Position numbers and translations under genes: made by a program. From the NCBI GenBank assembly GCA_965222375.1, contig CBDCTZ010000015.1, positions 1,312,001-1,376,000 of the forward strand: DNA of 64,000 bases, given 5' to 3'. Shown here in pieces: positions 31,613 to 41,584 of this stretch (position 1 is its first letter; every line of letters starts with the position of its first letter). The notes under the pieces are model-generated. The model ran no database searches. It had not been told where the DNA came from and saw only the letters and a list, made by a program, of their open reading frames with translations. Source of the stretch: Polyangiaceae bacterium (GTDB lineage: Bacteria; Myxococcota_A; Polyangia; Polyangiales; Polyangiaceae).

Positions 31613-33925
31613 ATGCGGACGATCGGACTGACGTTGACGGTTTTGATGATGCAGGCCTGCGCAGCTAGCGATGATGGCGGCAAGGTTGCAGGCGGCGGAG
31701 CCGTCGGGGGTGCTGGCGGTTCAGCTGGCGCCGGGGCGGCGGGCAGTGGCGGCTCGATCATCGCGCCCGACGGCGGTTGCAGCCAGGATTGCGGCGACGG
31801 CGTATGCGTCGGAGGCAGCTGCTGCGCCGAGGACCGGGCTTGCGGCAACGAATGCTGCACGGGGACAACGGTGTGTTCCTTCGGCGCCTGCGCCAGCCCT
31901 GGCGCGACATGCAGCAACTCGGATGAGTGCGGCGCACAGGAGTACTGTGAGCTTTCGCTAGGCGATGGCGGCAGCGGCGCGGTTCCAGCCGGTTGCTCTG
32001 CCATTCCAACTGGCAAGTGTCTGCTCAAGCCGCAGCTATGCGCGAGCGGCCAGGCGCCGGATCCGGCAAAGGGTGACATCACCTGCGTTCAGTCGTGCCA
32101 GCTGCCCGTAGCCAAGGATCCGTTTACCCTGACCGCGAAGTACAGTTGGGGAAAATACAATGGAGAGACAGCAGAGCCTTTTCCCTACGACATCCGCAAT
32201 GCACCCATCGCGATTCAACTGGACGACGACGACTGCGATGGCGCAGTGACTGCGCGAGACATCCCGGAAATCGTGTTCACCGCCAGCCCCTACGACAGCG
32301 CAACGCCAAAGAACGGTGACATCCGGGCCATCAGCATCGTCGGCGGCAAGGTCGTCGAGAAGTGGACGCTCAAGAACGGCGGGCACCCCTGGACCTATCT
32401 GGCCGCCGGCAATATCGACGGTCTTCCCGGCAACGAGATCGTCGCATGCAACGGAGGGGCGTTGGTGGCGTACTCGGCTGACCCCACGAACGGGAAGGCC
32501 ACGCCGAAGCTGAAGTGGACCAGCGCGAAGTTCCCGTGCACTGTGCCCTCGATTGCGGATCTTGATCAGGATGGCATCCCAGAGGTGATCGTGCGCGGGG
32601 GCGTCGTCCGCGGTGACACCGGAGCGCCCAAGCTGACGCTGACCGATGGCGGTGCGCCCGCCACCGTCAGCGGCTATCTGGTGGTCAGCGATATCGATGG
32701 GGACGGCTTTCTCGACCTAGTCAGCGGCAGTCGCGCCTTCGACCGTACGGGCAAAGCCTTCGCGAATTCGGGCATCGCTGGCAACCACCCAGCGGTGGGA
32801 GACCTGAGTTCGCCGCCAGACGGGATCCCCGAGGTCGTGGCGATCGATTGGGGGACGCATACCGTCAACATCTGGCGCTACAAGGCCGGCGCCAAGGACA
32901 ACGTGGAGGTCGTGCGCAGTGGCATCGACTTGAACACCTTGCTCGACGCCAACAACTGCGCCCCGAGCAAGAAGGGGCATCTACACGGCGGTGGTCCTCC
33001 CACCATTGCGGACGTCAATGGCGACGGCGTTGCGGACGTCGCTGTTGCAGGCGGAGTGGGCTACGTCGTGCTCGACGGCAAGAAGCTGCTCGACAAGTCC
33101 AAGACCAACGCCCAAGTCTTCTTGTGGGCCAAGGACACGGAGGATTGCTCGTCGGCGCAGACCGGCAGCACCGTCTTCGACTTCGACGGCGATGGCAAAG
33201 TCGAGGTGCTCTACGGCGACGAGGAGCGCTTCCGAATCTACGACGGGCCAACCGGCAACGAGCTTTTCTCCACCTGCAACACCAACGGCACGATCCTCGA
33301 AGCGCCCATCGTGGCCGACGTGGACAACGACGGCCAGGCCGACGTTGTCGTGGTGTCCAACGCGCGCTACGCCCTGTTTTGCGACGGCAGCAAGACCAGT
33401 GGTTTGCGAGTCTTTGGCACCGAAAGCGGCAAGTGGACACGCACGCGTCGGGTCTGGAATCAGCACGCCTATCACGTCACGAACGTGGAAGAGGATGGCA
33501 GCATCCCGAAGAAGGAGCTGCCCAACTACAAGCAGCCCGGACTCAACAACTTCCGACAGAACAAGCAGCCCGGCCTGGAGCGCGCGGGCGCGGATCTAGT
33601 TGCCAACCTCGCCCCGCGCTGCGGCGACAAGACGCTGCAAGCGACGGTCTTCAACTTGGGAGAAGCCCCGGTGCCGGCGGGTGCCACGGTCGCCCTATTC
33701 GAGGGCAGCGCTGGCGGCGGCACCAAGCTAGCAACGCGCACGACGAGCGTGACGCTCTACCCAGCGCAATCCGAGAAGCTCGAGTTTCCTTTCAGCGAAG
33801 TCCCCAACATCGCGAGCGGCAAGAGCCCAGCCTACGTGACGGTGACGCCGCCTTCAGGCAGCTTGGAGTGTCGCGCTGGCAACAATTCGAGCAGCGAAGT
33901 GACGGTCAGCTGTGGCGTGCGCTAG
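31613..33925 (+). CDS. FG-GAP/VCBS repeat lipoprotein with a C-terminal CARDB-like domain
   Basis: DLDQDGIPE, DIDGDG, DFDGDG, DVDNDG repeats; RRVWNQHAYHVTNV; ADLV...VFNLG. Confidence 0.88.
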   Translation: MRTIGLTLTVLMMQACAASDDGGKVAGGGAVGGAGGSAGAGAAGSGGSIIAPDGGCSQDCGDGVCVGGSCCAEDRACGNECCTGTTVCSFGACASPGATCSNSDECGAQEYCELSLGDGGSGAVPAGCSAIPTGKCLLKPQLCASGQAPDPAKGDITCVQSCQLPVAKDPFTLTAKYSWGKYNGETAEPFPYDIRNAPIAIQLDDDDCDGAVTARDIPEIVFTASPYDSATPKNGDIRAISIVGGKVVEKWTLKNGGHPWTYLAAGNIDGLPGNEIVACNGGALVAYSADPTNGKATPKLKWTSAKFPCTVPSIADLDQDGIPEVIVRGGVVRGDTGAPKLTLTDGGAPATVSGYLVVSDIDGDGFLDLVSGSRAFDRTGKAFANSGIAGNHPAVGDLSSPPDGIPEVVAIDWGTHTVNIWRYKAGAKDNVEVVRSGIDLNTLLDANNCAPSKKGHLHGGGPPTIADVNGDGVADVAVAGGVGYVVLDGKKLLDKSKTNAQVFLWAKDTEDCSSAQTGSTVFDFDGDGKVEVLYGDEERFRIYDGPTGNELFSTCNTNGTILEAPIVADVDNDGQADVVVVSNARYALFCDGSKTSGLRVFGTESGKWTRTRRVWNQHAYHVTNVEEDGSIPKKELPNYKQPGLNNFRQNKQPGLERAGADLVANLAPRCGDKTLQATVFNLGEAPVPAGATVALFEGSAGGGTKLATRTTSVTLYPAQSEKLEFPFSEVPNIASGKSPAYVTVTPPSGSLECRAGNNSSSEVTVSCGVR

Positions 33926-34331
33926 CGCCGTGGAACTCGTCGACACGATGCGGCGTCGCCTTGGTTCAAACCAGGCGAGGGCCGAAGTCGGCTCTTGCCA
34001 CTCAACGGCGCCCTCAAAGTCATAGCGTCGACGCTGTCGGCGCCGCATCGCGTCAGAAAAGTGACCTTTCGCAGGGGTTTGTTACGGATATGACGCGTGT
34101 GCGCGCATGTGGGTGCCTGGTCGCCTTTTTGGCAGCGACGCGGGGCGGTGGCTAGGAAACGACCTGAAGAACCCTCGTGCAATTTGCTGAAATGCTTCGT
34201 GTTCCGTCATATTGAAAGCAGTTGAGACAACTCCACGCGCCTCCATTCCGTTACCAACAGAAGCCCGTCGCCCTCTTCTTCGAGGCAAAGCACGGCGGGT
34301 CGGAGGAGGCGCTGACGCCGGGGCAAGAGGT

Positions 34332-34347
34332 TGGCCAGGGCTTTGCA
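34332..34347 (+). promoter_or_regulatory. Putative sigma54 promoter
   Basis: TGGCCAGGGCTTTGCA upstream of ATG 34404. Confidence 0.55.
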
Positions 34348-34403
34348 CTGACTTTGCAGTGTCCCGGCAATGCCTGGGCGTGGAGGAAGTTCGGAGGAAT
34401 GCG

Positions 34404-35027
34404 ATGAGCGAAAAGATCGGGCAACCGCCCACCATCGAGTTGGCTGGCAACATCTCGGAGTTCTTCAGCGACGTCGTCGAAAATGCCATGCAAAGTCATG
34501 GGATTGAAGCGACGGAAGCTGCACAGACCTACGTCGTTGCCCTCCTAGCCGACTACGCGCGCCCCGGTCAGCTCTCCGAAGAAACCCTCTCTCGCCCCCT
34601 GACCCTCCTTCTAGACGAGGCGATGCAAGCCACAGGTCACGAGCGTTTCGAGCGCTTACGCACGGTTGGAGACGGCGTGCTCTACGTCAGTGGCTTCTTC
34701 CCAGAGCATCTCGAAAATCGCGGTGTGGAGCGCACCTACGTCAGCGCTCTGGGCTCCCGAGCTTACGAAACGGCCGCGACGATGCTCCGCCGTGGCGGGT
34801 GCGAGTCTTCCGGCCCTGATGTGTTTGCAGAGCTGGCGCAGAAGTTTCGACAGTTCGCCGACCTGCTCGCCGACGTCGCAGTCGCGCTGCAGGCGCGCGC
34901 CGCTCGCACGGATACTGCGGTCGTGAAGCTCTACGAACGCTGGCTCGAAACAGGCTCGGAATCCCTGGCGGACGCACTGACGTCACGAGGAGTCGTTCCG
35001 ACTCGGGGCACAGGTGGTTTGAATTGA
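34404..35027 (+). CDS. Hypothetical helical protein
   Basis: GGAGG RBS; LRTVGDGVLYVSGFF...Y...G..AY...FAELA..F. Confidence 0.8.
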   Translation: MSEKIGQPPTIELAGNISEFFSDVVENAMQSHGIEATEAAQTYVVALLADYARPGQLSEETLSRPLTLLLDEAMQATGHERFERLRTVGDGVLYVSGFFPEHLENRGVERTYVSALGSRAYETAATMLRRGGCESSGPDVFAELAQKFRQFADLLADVAVALQARAARTDTAVVKLYERWLETGSESLADALTSRGVVPTRGTGGLN

Positions 35028-35611
35028 GTCGCCGTACGCGCACCCTGCACACCATCCAGCGGCGGCTGGAACGCATCTACGGACTGGAGTCGACGCCGAA
35101 CGTCGTCGACTTCGTGCGCACCGCGAACGCCGGTAGCCGCGAGACCTTGCTGCTCCGGCAGGACGAGGAATACCTGGAAATCGCGTTGGTTCTGCCGCCG
35201 GGGGAGCCCAACCAGCGCGCAGAAAGCGGCGCCTGCGATCTGTGGTTTCAGCTTGCCGAAGGGGTGAGCCACTTCGTCTACGTTACGGAGCGTGCGCGCA
35301 CGCAGCTGCCGACAACCAAACTGGAATTGGAGCTGCAAGCGGAAGTGGACAAGTTCGTTCTGCTCGCCAGCGGTCGCGTCGGTATCCGACCGCAAAAGCT
35401 ACGTCTTCGGGAGCGGCTCTACGAACGCGTTTCGTACCTACATGCGCCTGGCACTGAGGACGGCGAACGCTACCGCATGGCCAACGACCTGGCGGCCCGC
35501 TTCGTGTCGCGCTTGATGACGCTTCCGGACCGCAATGCTCGGACCCAGCGCTTGCGACAGTTCTACCGCGCGGGGCAGGCAGACAAGATCCACTTGGCGC
35601 GAGCGGCTTAG
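35024..35611 (+). CDS. Hypothetical protein with a zincin-like EGVSH...LELQAE motif
   Basis: 4-nt overlap with the upstream gene; AEGVSHF, LELELQAEVDKF. Confidence 0.8.
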   Translation: MSRRTRTLHTIQRRLERIYGLESTPNVVDFVRTANAGSRETLLLRQDEEYLEIALVLPPGEPNQRAESGACDLWFQLAEGVSHFVYVTERARTQLPTTKLELELQAEVDKFVLLASGRVGIRPQKLRLRERLYERVSYLHAPGTEDGERYRMANDLAARFVSRLMTLPDRNARTQRLRQFYRAGQADKIHLARAA

Positions 35612-36159
35612 TCAGACTTGGCGCAGCTGCAGCCGGACTGATCGACGCGGGTCGTGGCGCTCTCCACGCGCTTGCGCGCACGCGTGCAACGTGAGTCCTC
35701 GCTGCTGGTGATCTCACAGATGCGCTCCGCGCTGCGCTGCATGGATGCGAGCGCCTTGCAAATGGTGTCGCAGGAGGGCGCTACGCTTTTTGTCTGCGCC
35801 GTCGCGCCGCCCATGGGCCCACGACTGGCAGGCTTCGGCTTGACGGGAGCGGGCTGCCCGCCGGGTGGTGGTTGCTCGGTGGGCGCTTCGGGGGCTGCGG
35901 TCTCTTCCGCGGGCTGGTCCACTCCGCGGCCCTCGCCGTCCGTCGTCGTTGTCACGTTCGGCCCCGGCCCGAGCTGAGCGTTCAACTGCCGCTCCGCCGC
36001 GGCTAGCTGGCTCTCCAGCTCGTCCACGTTGGTGGACATGGAATCCACCGCAGGCGCCCCCGTCGGATCGACCTTCCCCGGCGAAGCCGGAGGCGCTTTC
36101 TGAGCACAGGCGCACAGGGCACCCGCCGCCCACAGGCAAGCAAAACGATGGATTTTCAC
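35608..36159 (-). CDS. Hypothetical lipoprotein
   Basis: LCAC lipobox; C..ICKALASM.R.A.RIC...C..AR C-terminal domain. Confidence 0.7.
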   Translation of the reverse strand: MKIHRFACLWAAGALCACAQKAPPASPGKVDPTGAPAVDSMSTNVDELESQLAAAERQLNAQLGPGPNVTTTTDGEGRGVDQPAEETAAPEAPTEQPPPGGQPAPVKPKPASRGPMGGATAQTKSVAPSCDTICKALASMQRSAERICEITSSEDSRCTRARKRVESATTRVDQSGCSCAKSD

Positions 36160-36461
36160 GTGTCTAAAGCAAAACGCCCACATCCCACAGCAGCTTACAC
36201 CCGCGCCAGCCGCTTGCTCCCCGAATCAGCCGCGGAATTCAGCCACCCATTCAACCACGGAATCACCTCCCCAGCCTACCCTCCCGGGAAGCTCGAGTCG
36301 GATGCGCCGGTTTTGCGAGCACCGAGTCCGCGAGGTCCCGATGCGGCGCAGCTGCCGAAGGTCACCGGACCGGAGCGTATTGAGTACGCGAGGACCGGAA
36401 GCGCAGGGACAAGCCGTGCAGACAGCCGAGAGCCCTGGGAGTCGCCACCGGACGCCACCAC

Positions 36462-36761
36462 TCAGCTGTTCGGAGTGCGGACTTCTATGCCGGTGGTCTC
36501 GATGCCTGTTGTCTCGATGGCGGCGGGCTGCTGCGCCGACTTCAAGCGGTAGCTCCGCACGGCCATGAACAGCGACGTTGCGGACGCTGCGGCGATGGCA
36601 AGGTCATCCAGCCAGCCGATGATGACCATGATGTCGGGAACGAGATCGACGGGCGAGATCACATACAGGACCGCGAACAACATGAACAGCTTCGCGAAGG
36701 GCGAAGCCCGATGATCGAGAAAGAACTGGGCTAGAGAGGGAACCGAACGCTTTTCCGCCAT
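36462..36761 (-). CDS. DUF1232 (YkvA) family membrane protein
   Basis: YVISPVDLVPD...GWLDD. Confidence 0.9.
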   Translation of the reverse strand: MAEKRSVPSLAQFFLDHRASPFAKLFMLFAVLYVISPVDLVPDIMVIIGWLDDLAIAAASATSLFMAVRSYRLKSAQQPAAIETTGIETTGIEVRTPNS

Positions 36762-36833
36762 GACTTAGTCAAGGTAAGTCGTTTTTTGGCCTAGTAAAGG
36801 GCGAAAACTTTCGACATTTGTTCAGGTGTTTTT

Positions 36834-38102
36834 CTAGCGGGGCGGCAGGTTCTGGGTCGCGCAGCCAAAAACCACGTCGACCTTGCCCTTGGTAACGGCG
36901 GTGATCTTGTTGCACGTCGTGGGGCACGCCTTGATCGATTTCGGCGCGGCGTTGTTGTCGTAATACCAACCACCGAGCTTCGCATCGCAAGCGCTGGCGT
37001 CGTTGACGTGGAACACGGTTTCACTCGTTCCGGCGTCTTGATCGACGAAGTCGACGTTGACCTTGTTCGGGTCGAGATTCTGGCCCGCCGGCGGTGCCGG
37101 GATGGACCACTCGCAGGTGAGCTTCTGGCTGCCTTGAATGATCTTGGTCGCCAGCTCGTTGAACACCTTCTGAAATGTCTGGGCGCATTGGGTGGGCTGG
37201 CCGGGCGGGCAGCTACAGATGTCTCCGTGCACGCCACCCGTCTTGGTGACGATGTCCTTCCAGACCTTCCCGACCGCCGCTGCGTTGGGGCATTGGGTGA
37301 AGGAATAGATCGCGGAGAGCTTCCAAGCTGGGTTGCCCGAGGCGTCCGCCATGATCGGGTCGAGGGCCGTGAAGTCCTTGATGAATAGATCGGGGTTGTT
37401 GTCATAGGGCCCGGGATCGCCGGTGCCGCCGGAGCCCGTACCCGTGCGCGAATCGTCGTCGGTCACCACCACCACGTACTTGAGCGAGTTCGGGCGCAGC
37501 ATCTGTTTGTACTGCGGATAGAGCCAGACCAGTTGCTTGGCCGCGTCCGTGCTGTCGATGAGGACGTTTGGGTGATGAAAGAAGTTCGGTAGCTTGGTGT
37601 CGGAGCCCGCGGGTGGGCACTGACCCGAACCAAGCGGCGCCGGGATGCAGATCCCGGGCAATACCAGGAACTGATACGAAGCCAGCATCGTGACTTGCAC
37701 GTCGATGCCGGAAGCGACGATCTGCTGACTGAACTTGTTGAGGTTGGCCTGAACCGCAGCCGTTTCCTCGACCATGCTGCAGGACGTATCGACGGCCCAG
37801 ATGATATCCGCGGGTTCGAAAAGTTCCTTGGCTTCCTGGGTGTAGGTCTGACAGGCAGCATCTCCAGGATCAGTGCTACCCCCGGTGCCGCTGCCGCCAT
37901 CGAGGTTGATACCAGCGCCGCTGCCACCGACGCCGGTTGCACCCGACCCACCCGAGCCAATCACGCCACCGCCCACTCCGGAGCCTCCGCTGCCGGTACT
38001 GCCCCCGGAGCCGTCTCCGCTCGCGGCCGCTGAACAGGCCGCTGCCAGAGACACCGCGCCGAGCACTGAGCCAAACTGTTTCAAGCTAATCGGGATGCGC
38101 AT
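36834..38102 (-). CDS. vWA-domain lipoprotein
   Basis: LAAAC lipobox, Gly linker, MIDAS DTSCS, VVVTDD, LDPNKVNV...GWYYD...FGC tail. Confidence 0.85.
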   Translation of the reverse strand: MRIPISLKQFGSVLGAVSLAAACSAAASGDGSGGSTGSGGSGVGGGVIGSGGSGATGVGGSGAGINLDGGSGTGGSTDPGDAACQTYTQEAKELFEPADIIWAVDTSCSMVEETAAVQANLNKFSQQIVASGIDVQVTMLASYQFLVLPGICIPAPLGSGQCPPAGSDTKLPNFFHHPNVLIDSTDAAKQLVWLYPQYKQMLRPNSLKYVVVVTDDDSRTGTGSGGTGDPGPYDNNPDLFIKDFTALDPIMADASGNPAWKLSAIYSFTQCPNAAAVGKVWKDIVTKTGGVHGDICSCPPGQPTQCAQTFQKVFNELATKIIQGSQKLTCEWSIPAPPAGQNLDPNKVNVDFVDQDAGTSETVFHVNDASACDAKLGGWYYDNNAAPKSIKACPTTCNKITAVTKGKVDVVFGCATQNLPPR

Positions 38103-38127
38103 GAGGGACCTCTCCGTCCACTCAGGG

Positions 38128-38143
38128 AGCAAGCTCTGCGCCA
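38128..38143 (-). promoter_or_regulatory. Putative sigma54 promoter
   Basis: TGGCGCAGAGCTTGCT on the minus strand. Confidence 0.6.
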
Positions 38144-38327
38144 GCCCAAATCCCAGCGGATCCCCCCCGAAAATGCTGGGAAAAGCAGGGGCGAGATTCC
38201 GACGAAACCAGCTCGTTCCGGATTCCATCCGATATCTGTCCGGAATTGGGGGCCACGAATGGCCGAACAGGTGCCGCTCCTAGCGAAGGCGACCCGAGGG
38301 CGGCGCGGCCCATCACGAGCCCCAACC

Positions 38328-38512
38328 CAGTGTTGCACCGGCAACTCAGAAACTGCCGCCCCAAGCAGGGCACCCATCCAGTGTTGCGGACGCAACTCTG
38401 AAACTGCCGCCCCAAGCAGGGCACCCATCCAGTGTTGCGGACGCAACTCTGAAACGACGACCACAAGGGGCCTTTCCTCGCACTAGTTCAGAGTTGCACG
38501 CGCAACTCTGAA
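38328..38512. repeat. REP-like palindrome cluster (four hairpins, 51-bp period)
   Basis: cag(t/a)gttgc-N4-gcaactc(t/a)g at 38328, 38379, 38430 and 38489; the last is a perfect 11-bp stem. Confidence 0.85.
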
Positions 38513-38521
38513 GCGACGGCC

Positions 38522-39691
38522 TCAGAGGCCCATCAACTTCGCCAAGTAGTAAGTCATGGTCTCGCTGGTGCCGCCGCCGATCTTCAGCAGGCGAGCGTCG
38601 CGCCAGGCTCGGGCGATCGGGTACTCCTCGATATAGCCCCAGCCGCCGTGGAACTGCATACAGGTATCGGCAATTTCCGCGACCAGGTCTCCAGCGACGA
38701 TCTTCGCCATGCTGATCAGCTTCACCGTTTCGAAAGAGACGTTCTCCTTCTTGACGTACTTTTCGTGATTGAACTGATCCGTCACCCGGTCCACGAAAGC
38801 CTGCGCCATCTCGAGCTTCGTGTACATGTTCACGAACTTGTGCTGCCACACCTCGCGCTTGATAATCGGTTTACCAAAGGCGACACGCTCTTCACCGTAC
38901 TTGCGGGAGTAGTCGACCACCATCCGAGAACCGGCCAGGCCGCTCACGGATCCGATCAGGCGCTCGCTCTGGAAGTTCTGCATCAAGTACATGAAGCCCA
39001 TGCCCTCTTCACCGAGCCGGTAGCGCTCGGGAATGCGTACGTCTTCTAAGAACAACTCCGCGGTGTCCGATGCGTGATTGCCCACCTTTTCTAGCCTGCG
39101 TCCGACTCGAAAACCCTTCTCCTTGGTGGGTACCAAGAAGAACGTGCAGCCGTGGGAACCTGTGTCGGGATCCGTCTTCACCAGCATCGTGATGAAGTCT
39201 GCGCGAGCTCCGTTGGTGATGAACGTCTTCTGACCGTTGATGATGTAGTCGCTTCCGTCCTTCTTCGCGTAGGTGCGAATACCGGCGACATCGCTGCCAG
39301 CGCCGGGTTCGGAAACACCAATGGAGGCGATCTTGTCCCCGGTCATGGCCGGCTTCAAGAACTCCTCGATCTGCTCCTTGGTGCCGAGATCGCTGATGAC
39401 CGGCGTGGCCATGTCGCTCTGAACCAAGAGCGCCATGGTGACCCCTGCAGAGCGACCACGCGGGAGCTCCTGTGCCTTGGCGACCGAAAACCAATAGTCA
39501 CCCCCCGCTCCACCGTGCTCTTCGGGGTACTGCGCGCCGAAGATCCCCAACGCCCCCGCCTTTTTGAACAGCTCGCTTGGAAAGTCCTTTTGCGCCTCCC
39601 ACTCGTCCGCGTAAGGCGCGATTTCCTTCTCGGTGAACTGCCGAACGGACTGGCGAAAATGATCGTGCTCTTCGGTGTAGGGATTGAACAT
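38522..39691 (-). CDS. Acyl-CoA dehydrogenase
   Basis: SEPGAGSD, NGQKTFITNG, R.AFGKPI, QFHGGWGY, IGGGTSE. Confidence 0.95.
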   Translation of the reverse strand: MFNPYTEEHDHFRQSVRQFTEKEIAPYADEWEAQKDFPSELFKKAGALGIFGAQYPEEHGGAGGDYWFSVAKAQELPRGRSAGVTMALLVQSDMATPVISDLGTKEQIEEFLKPAMTGDKIASIGVSEPGAGSDVAGIRTYAKKDGSDYIINGQKTFITNGARADFITMLVKTDPDTGSHGCTFFLVPTKEKGFRVGRRLEKVGNHASDTAELFLEDVRIPERYRLGEEGMGFMYLMQNFQSERLIGSVSGLAGSRMVVDYSRKYGEERVAFGKPIIKREVWQHKFVNMYTKLEMAQAFVDRVTDQFNHEKYVKKENVSFETVKLISMAKIVAGDLVAEIADTCMQFHGGWGYIEEYPIARAWRDARLLKIGGGTSETMTYYLAKLMGL

Positions 39692-39846
39692 GGGGGCTGC
39701 CTCGTTGGTGCGGCTGGGATTCGCCGACGGTGGATTAATTCGTACACGAAACAATTCGGGACGCAACGCGCAGCGCTAGAGTCGTAAATAGTTGAAATTA
39801 TTGACTTTGCTTCACGACGGCGGATCCGGCCAACTTCGCTTCCGCT

Positions 39847-40311
39847 ATGCTGTCGGGCGTGAAGGCCTCATTTCGACCCCTCCGCGGCGCGGCGAGTCTG
39901 ATCCCATTTCTAGCGCTCGGCGTCGTGGGTTGTGGTCCGAGCGAGGCTCGAGATCCCGGAGACGTGCTGGGCAATTGGCGGCAGCACAATGGTGTCGACG
40001 GCCGCACCGGGTCGAGCGCAGAAACACCCGCTGCAGGTGCAGCGCAGGTCGCAACACGAAAGGAATGCCAAGCTGCATCCACACGAATCGAGACCTTGGC
40101 GCTCGAACTGGCCGTGGCCGAAGAGGGCGACGCCGAGAAGCGAAAGCAGCTGGAGAGCCGCGCGCAGAAAGAGTTGCAGAGCGACGCCTTCAAGCAGCGC
40201 GTACAAGACCAAACCGAGGGCTGCTTGGGCCGCGAAACCACAGCTGCGGAAGCTCGCTGCATCGCCAAGATCCGAAACCAACAGGACTTGGATCGCTGTT
40301 CTGCGCGCTGA
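39847..40311 (+). CDS. Hypothetical lipoprotein
   Basis: GVVGC lipobox; small Cys-containing helical domain. Confidence 0.65.
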   Translation: MLSGVKASFRPLRGAASLIPFLALGVVGCGPSEARDPGDVLGNWRQHNGVDGRTGSSAETPAAGAAQVATRKECQAASTRIETLALELAVAEEGDAEKRKQLESRAQKELQSDAFKQRVQDQTEGCLGRETTAAEARCIAKIRNQQDLDRCSAR

Positions 40312-40395
40312 AAGCACCACGACAACTACATCCGCCTACCTAACGATGCCAGTCCCTCGACGGGCGTGTGGCCGCATGAGAAGATTCGTAGGTTC

Positions 40396-41272
40396 ATGCG
40401 TCTTCTCTTGGTGGCACTCCCCATCGCGATCTCGGCCTGCGGGACTGGCGCGGGATTTCGACCAGTACAACGAAGGCGTCGCGGGTTCGCCCGCTGGTGC
40501 CGGCTCAGGTGGAGCGAGCGCAGGCGCTGGCGGCGCCGCCGGTTCTGCAGCTGGAGCCGGGGGAACCGTGAACACGGGTGGCGCCAGCACGGGAGGGGGC
40601 AATAGTGGAGGAGCAGGAAATGCCGCAGGCGCCAGCAGCGGCGGCACGGGCAACTCCGGCGGCGCCAGTACCGGAGGCGGCGCCAATGCCGGTGGGGGCG
40701 GAGCTACGGGTGGCACCGGTGGCGGCGTGGTCCAGAAGTGCGGCAACGGCAAGCTCGACGACGGCGAAGAGTGCGACGACGGAGCCCAGGCCGACGGCGA
40801 CGGTTGTAACTCGAACTGTCGAGTCACTTGCTCGGACTTCGACGCCAAGGAGTTCGTCAGCGGCGGACGCTTACACTGCTACGTGTACAGCTCCACTGGC
40901 GCGTCGTGGCCAAAAGCCGTGGACCTCTGCGCCGCCATCAAGGGCAGTCATCTGGTGACCATCAAAGACACGGCCGAAAACAACTTCGTCGCGTCCCTCG
41001 CGACGAACCCCGGTCGATTCTGGATCGGGTTGACGGACGGGCAGCCGATCTCATCCGCGGTGGGCTCGACGTTCAAGTGGATCACCGGCGAAGCGAATAC
41101 GTTCCAAGCGTGGGCATCGGGCCAGCCCAACCATGCACTGGTTGCCTGCTCTGGGGGCGCGCTTTGCTATGAGCACCGCGCCAGCATGCTTGCCTCGGGA
41201 ACCTGGAGCGATCGCACCGAATCCGAGGTGAACCCATTCATCTGCGAGTGGGAGCCTCCGCCAAGCAGCTAG
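40396..41272 (+). pseudogene. C-type lectin lipoprotein with a Myxococcus Cys-rich repeat, frameshifted right after the lipobox
   Basis: MRLLLVALPIAISACG joins LARDFDQY if one G at 40441-40443 is removed; CGNG..D.GEECDDG; HLVTI..AEN, WIGL, W..GQPN, FICE. Confidence 0.75.
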
Positions 41273-41315
41273 CTACGCCTTCCAGTTCATTCCTCCACGC
41301 GTTCGAGTGTCGCCA

Positions 41316-41482
41316 CCACGCAACTGGATCGCAGAGCGACCGACCTAGCCCGCACACACTGCCCGCCCAAAGCATGGGGGTGGGCAAGGTGGGGACTGGC
41401 AACCCGCCACGCAACTCGCTCCCAGAGCGACCGACCTAGCCCGCACACACTGCCCGCCCAAAGCATGGGGGTGGGCAAGGTG
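41316..41482. repeat. Tandem duplication, 91-bp period
   Basis: 60-bp identical block at 41332-41391 and 41423-41482. Confidence 0.9.
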
Positions 41483-41483
41483 A

Positions 41484-41542
41484 GGTTTTGGGGGTGGGGT
41501 CGGGGCATTGGGGCGGCGCGGCCACTACTCCCGTGCGAGGCC
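41484..41542. repeat. Dispersed intergenic repeat, copy D (reverse orientation)
   Basis: ggttttggggg...ggggtcggggcattggggcggcgcggccactactc, upstream of nhaA. Confidence 0.65.
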
Positions 41543-41584
41543 TCAAGTTGCGCTGCGAGCTTCCGTTCCGTCACTTCGTAAGGC

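Noticed and set aside
38328..38512. Possible mini-CRISPR array
   Set aside because: Two spacers are identical, the repeats vary in their loops, and no cas genes are in the window.
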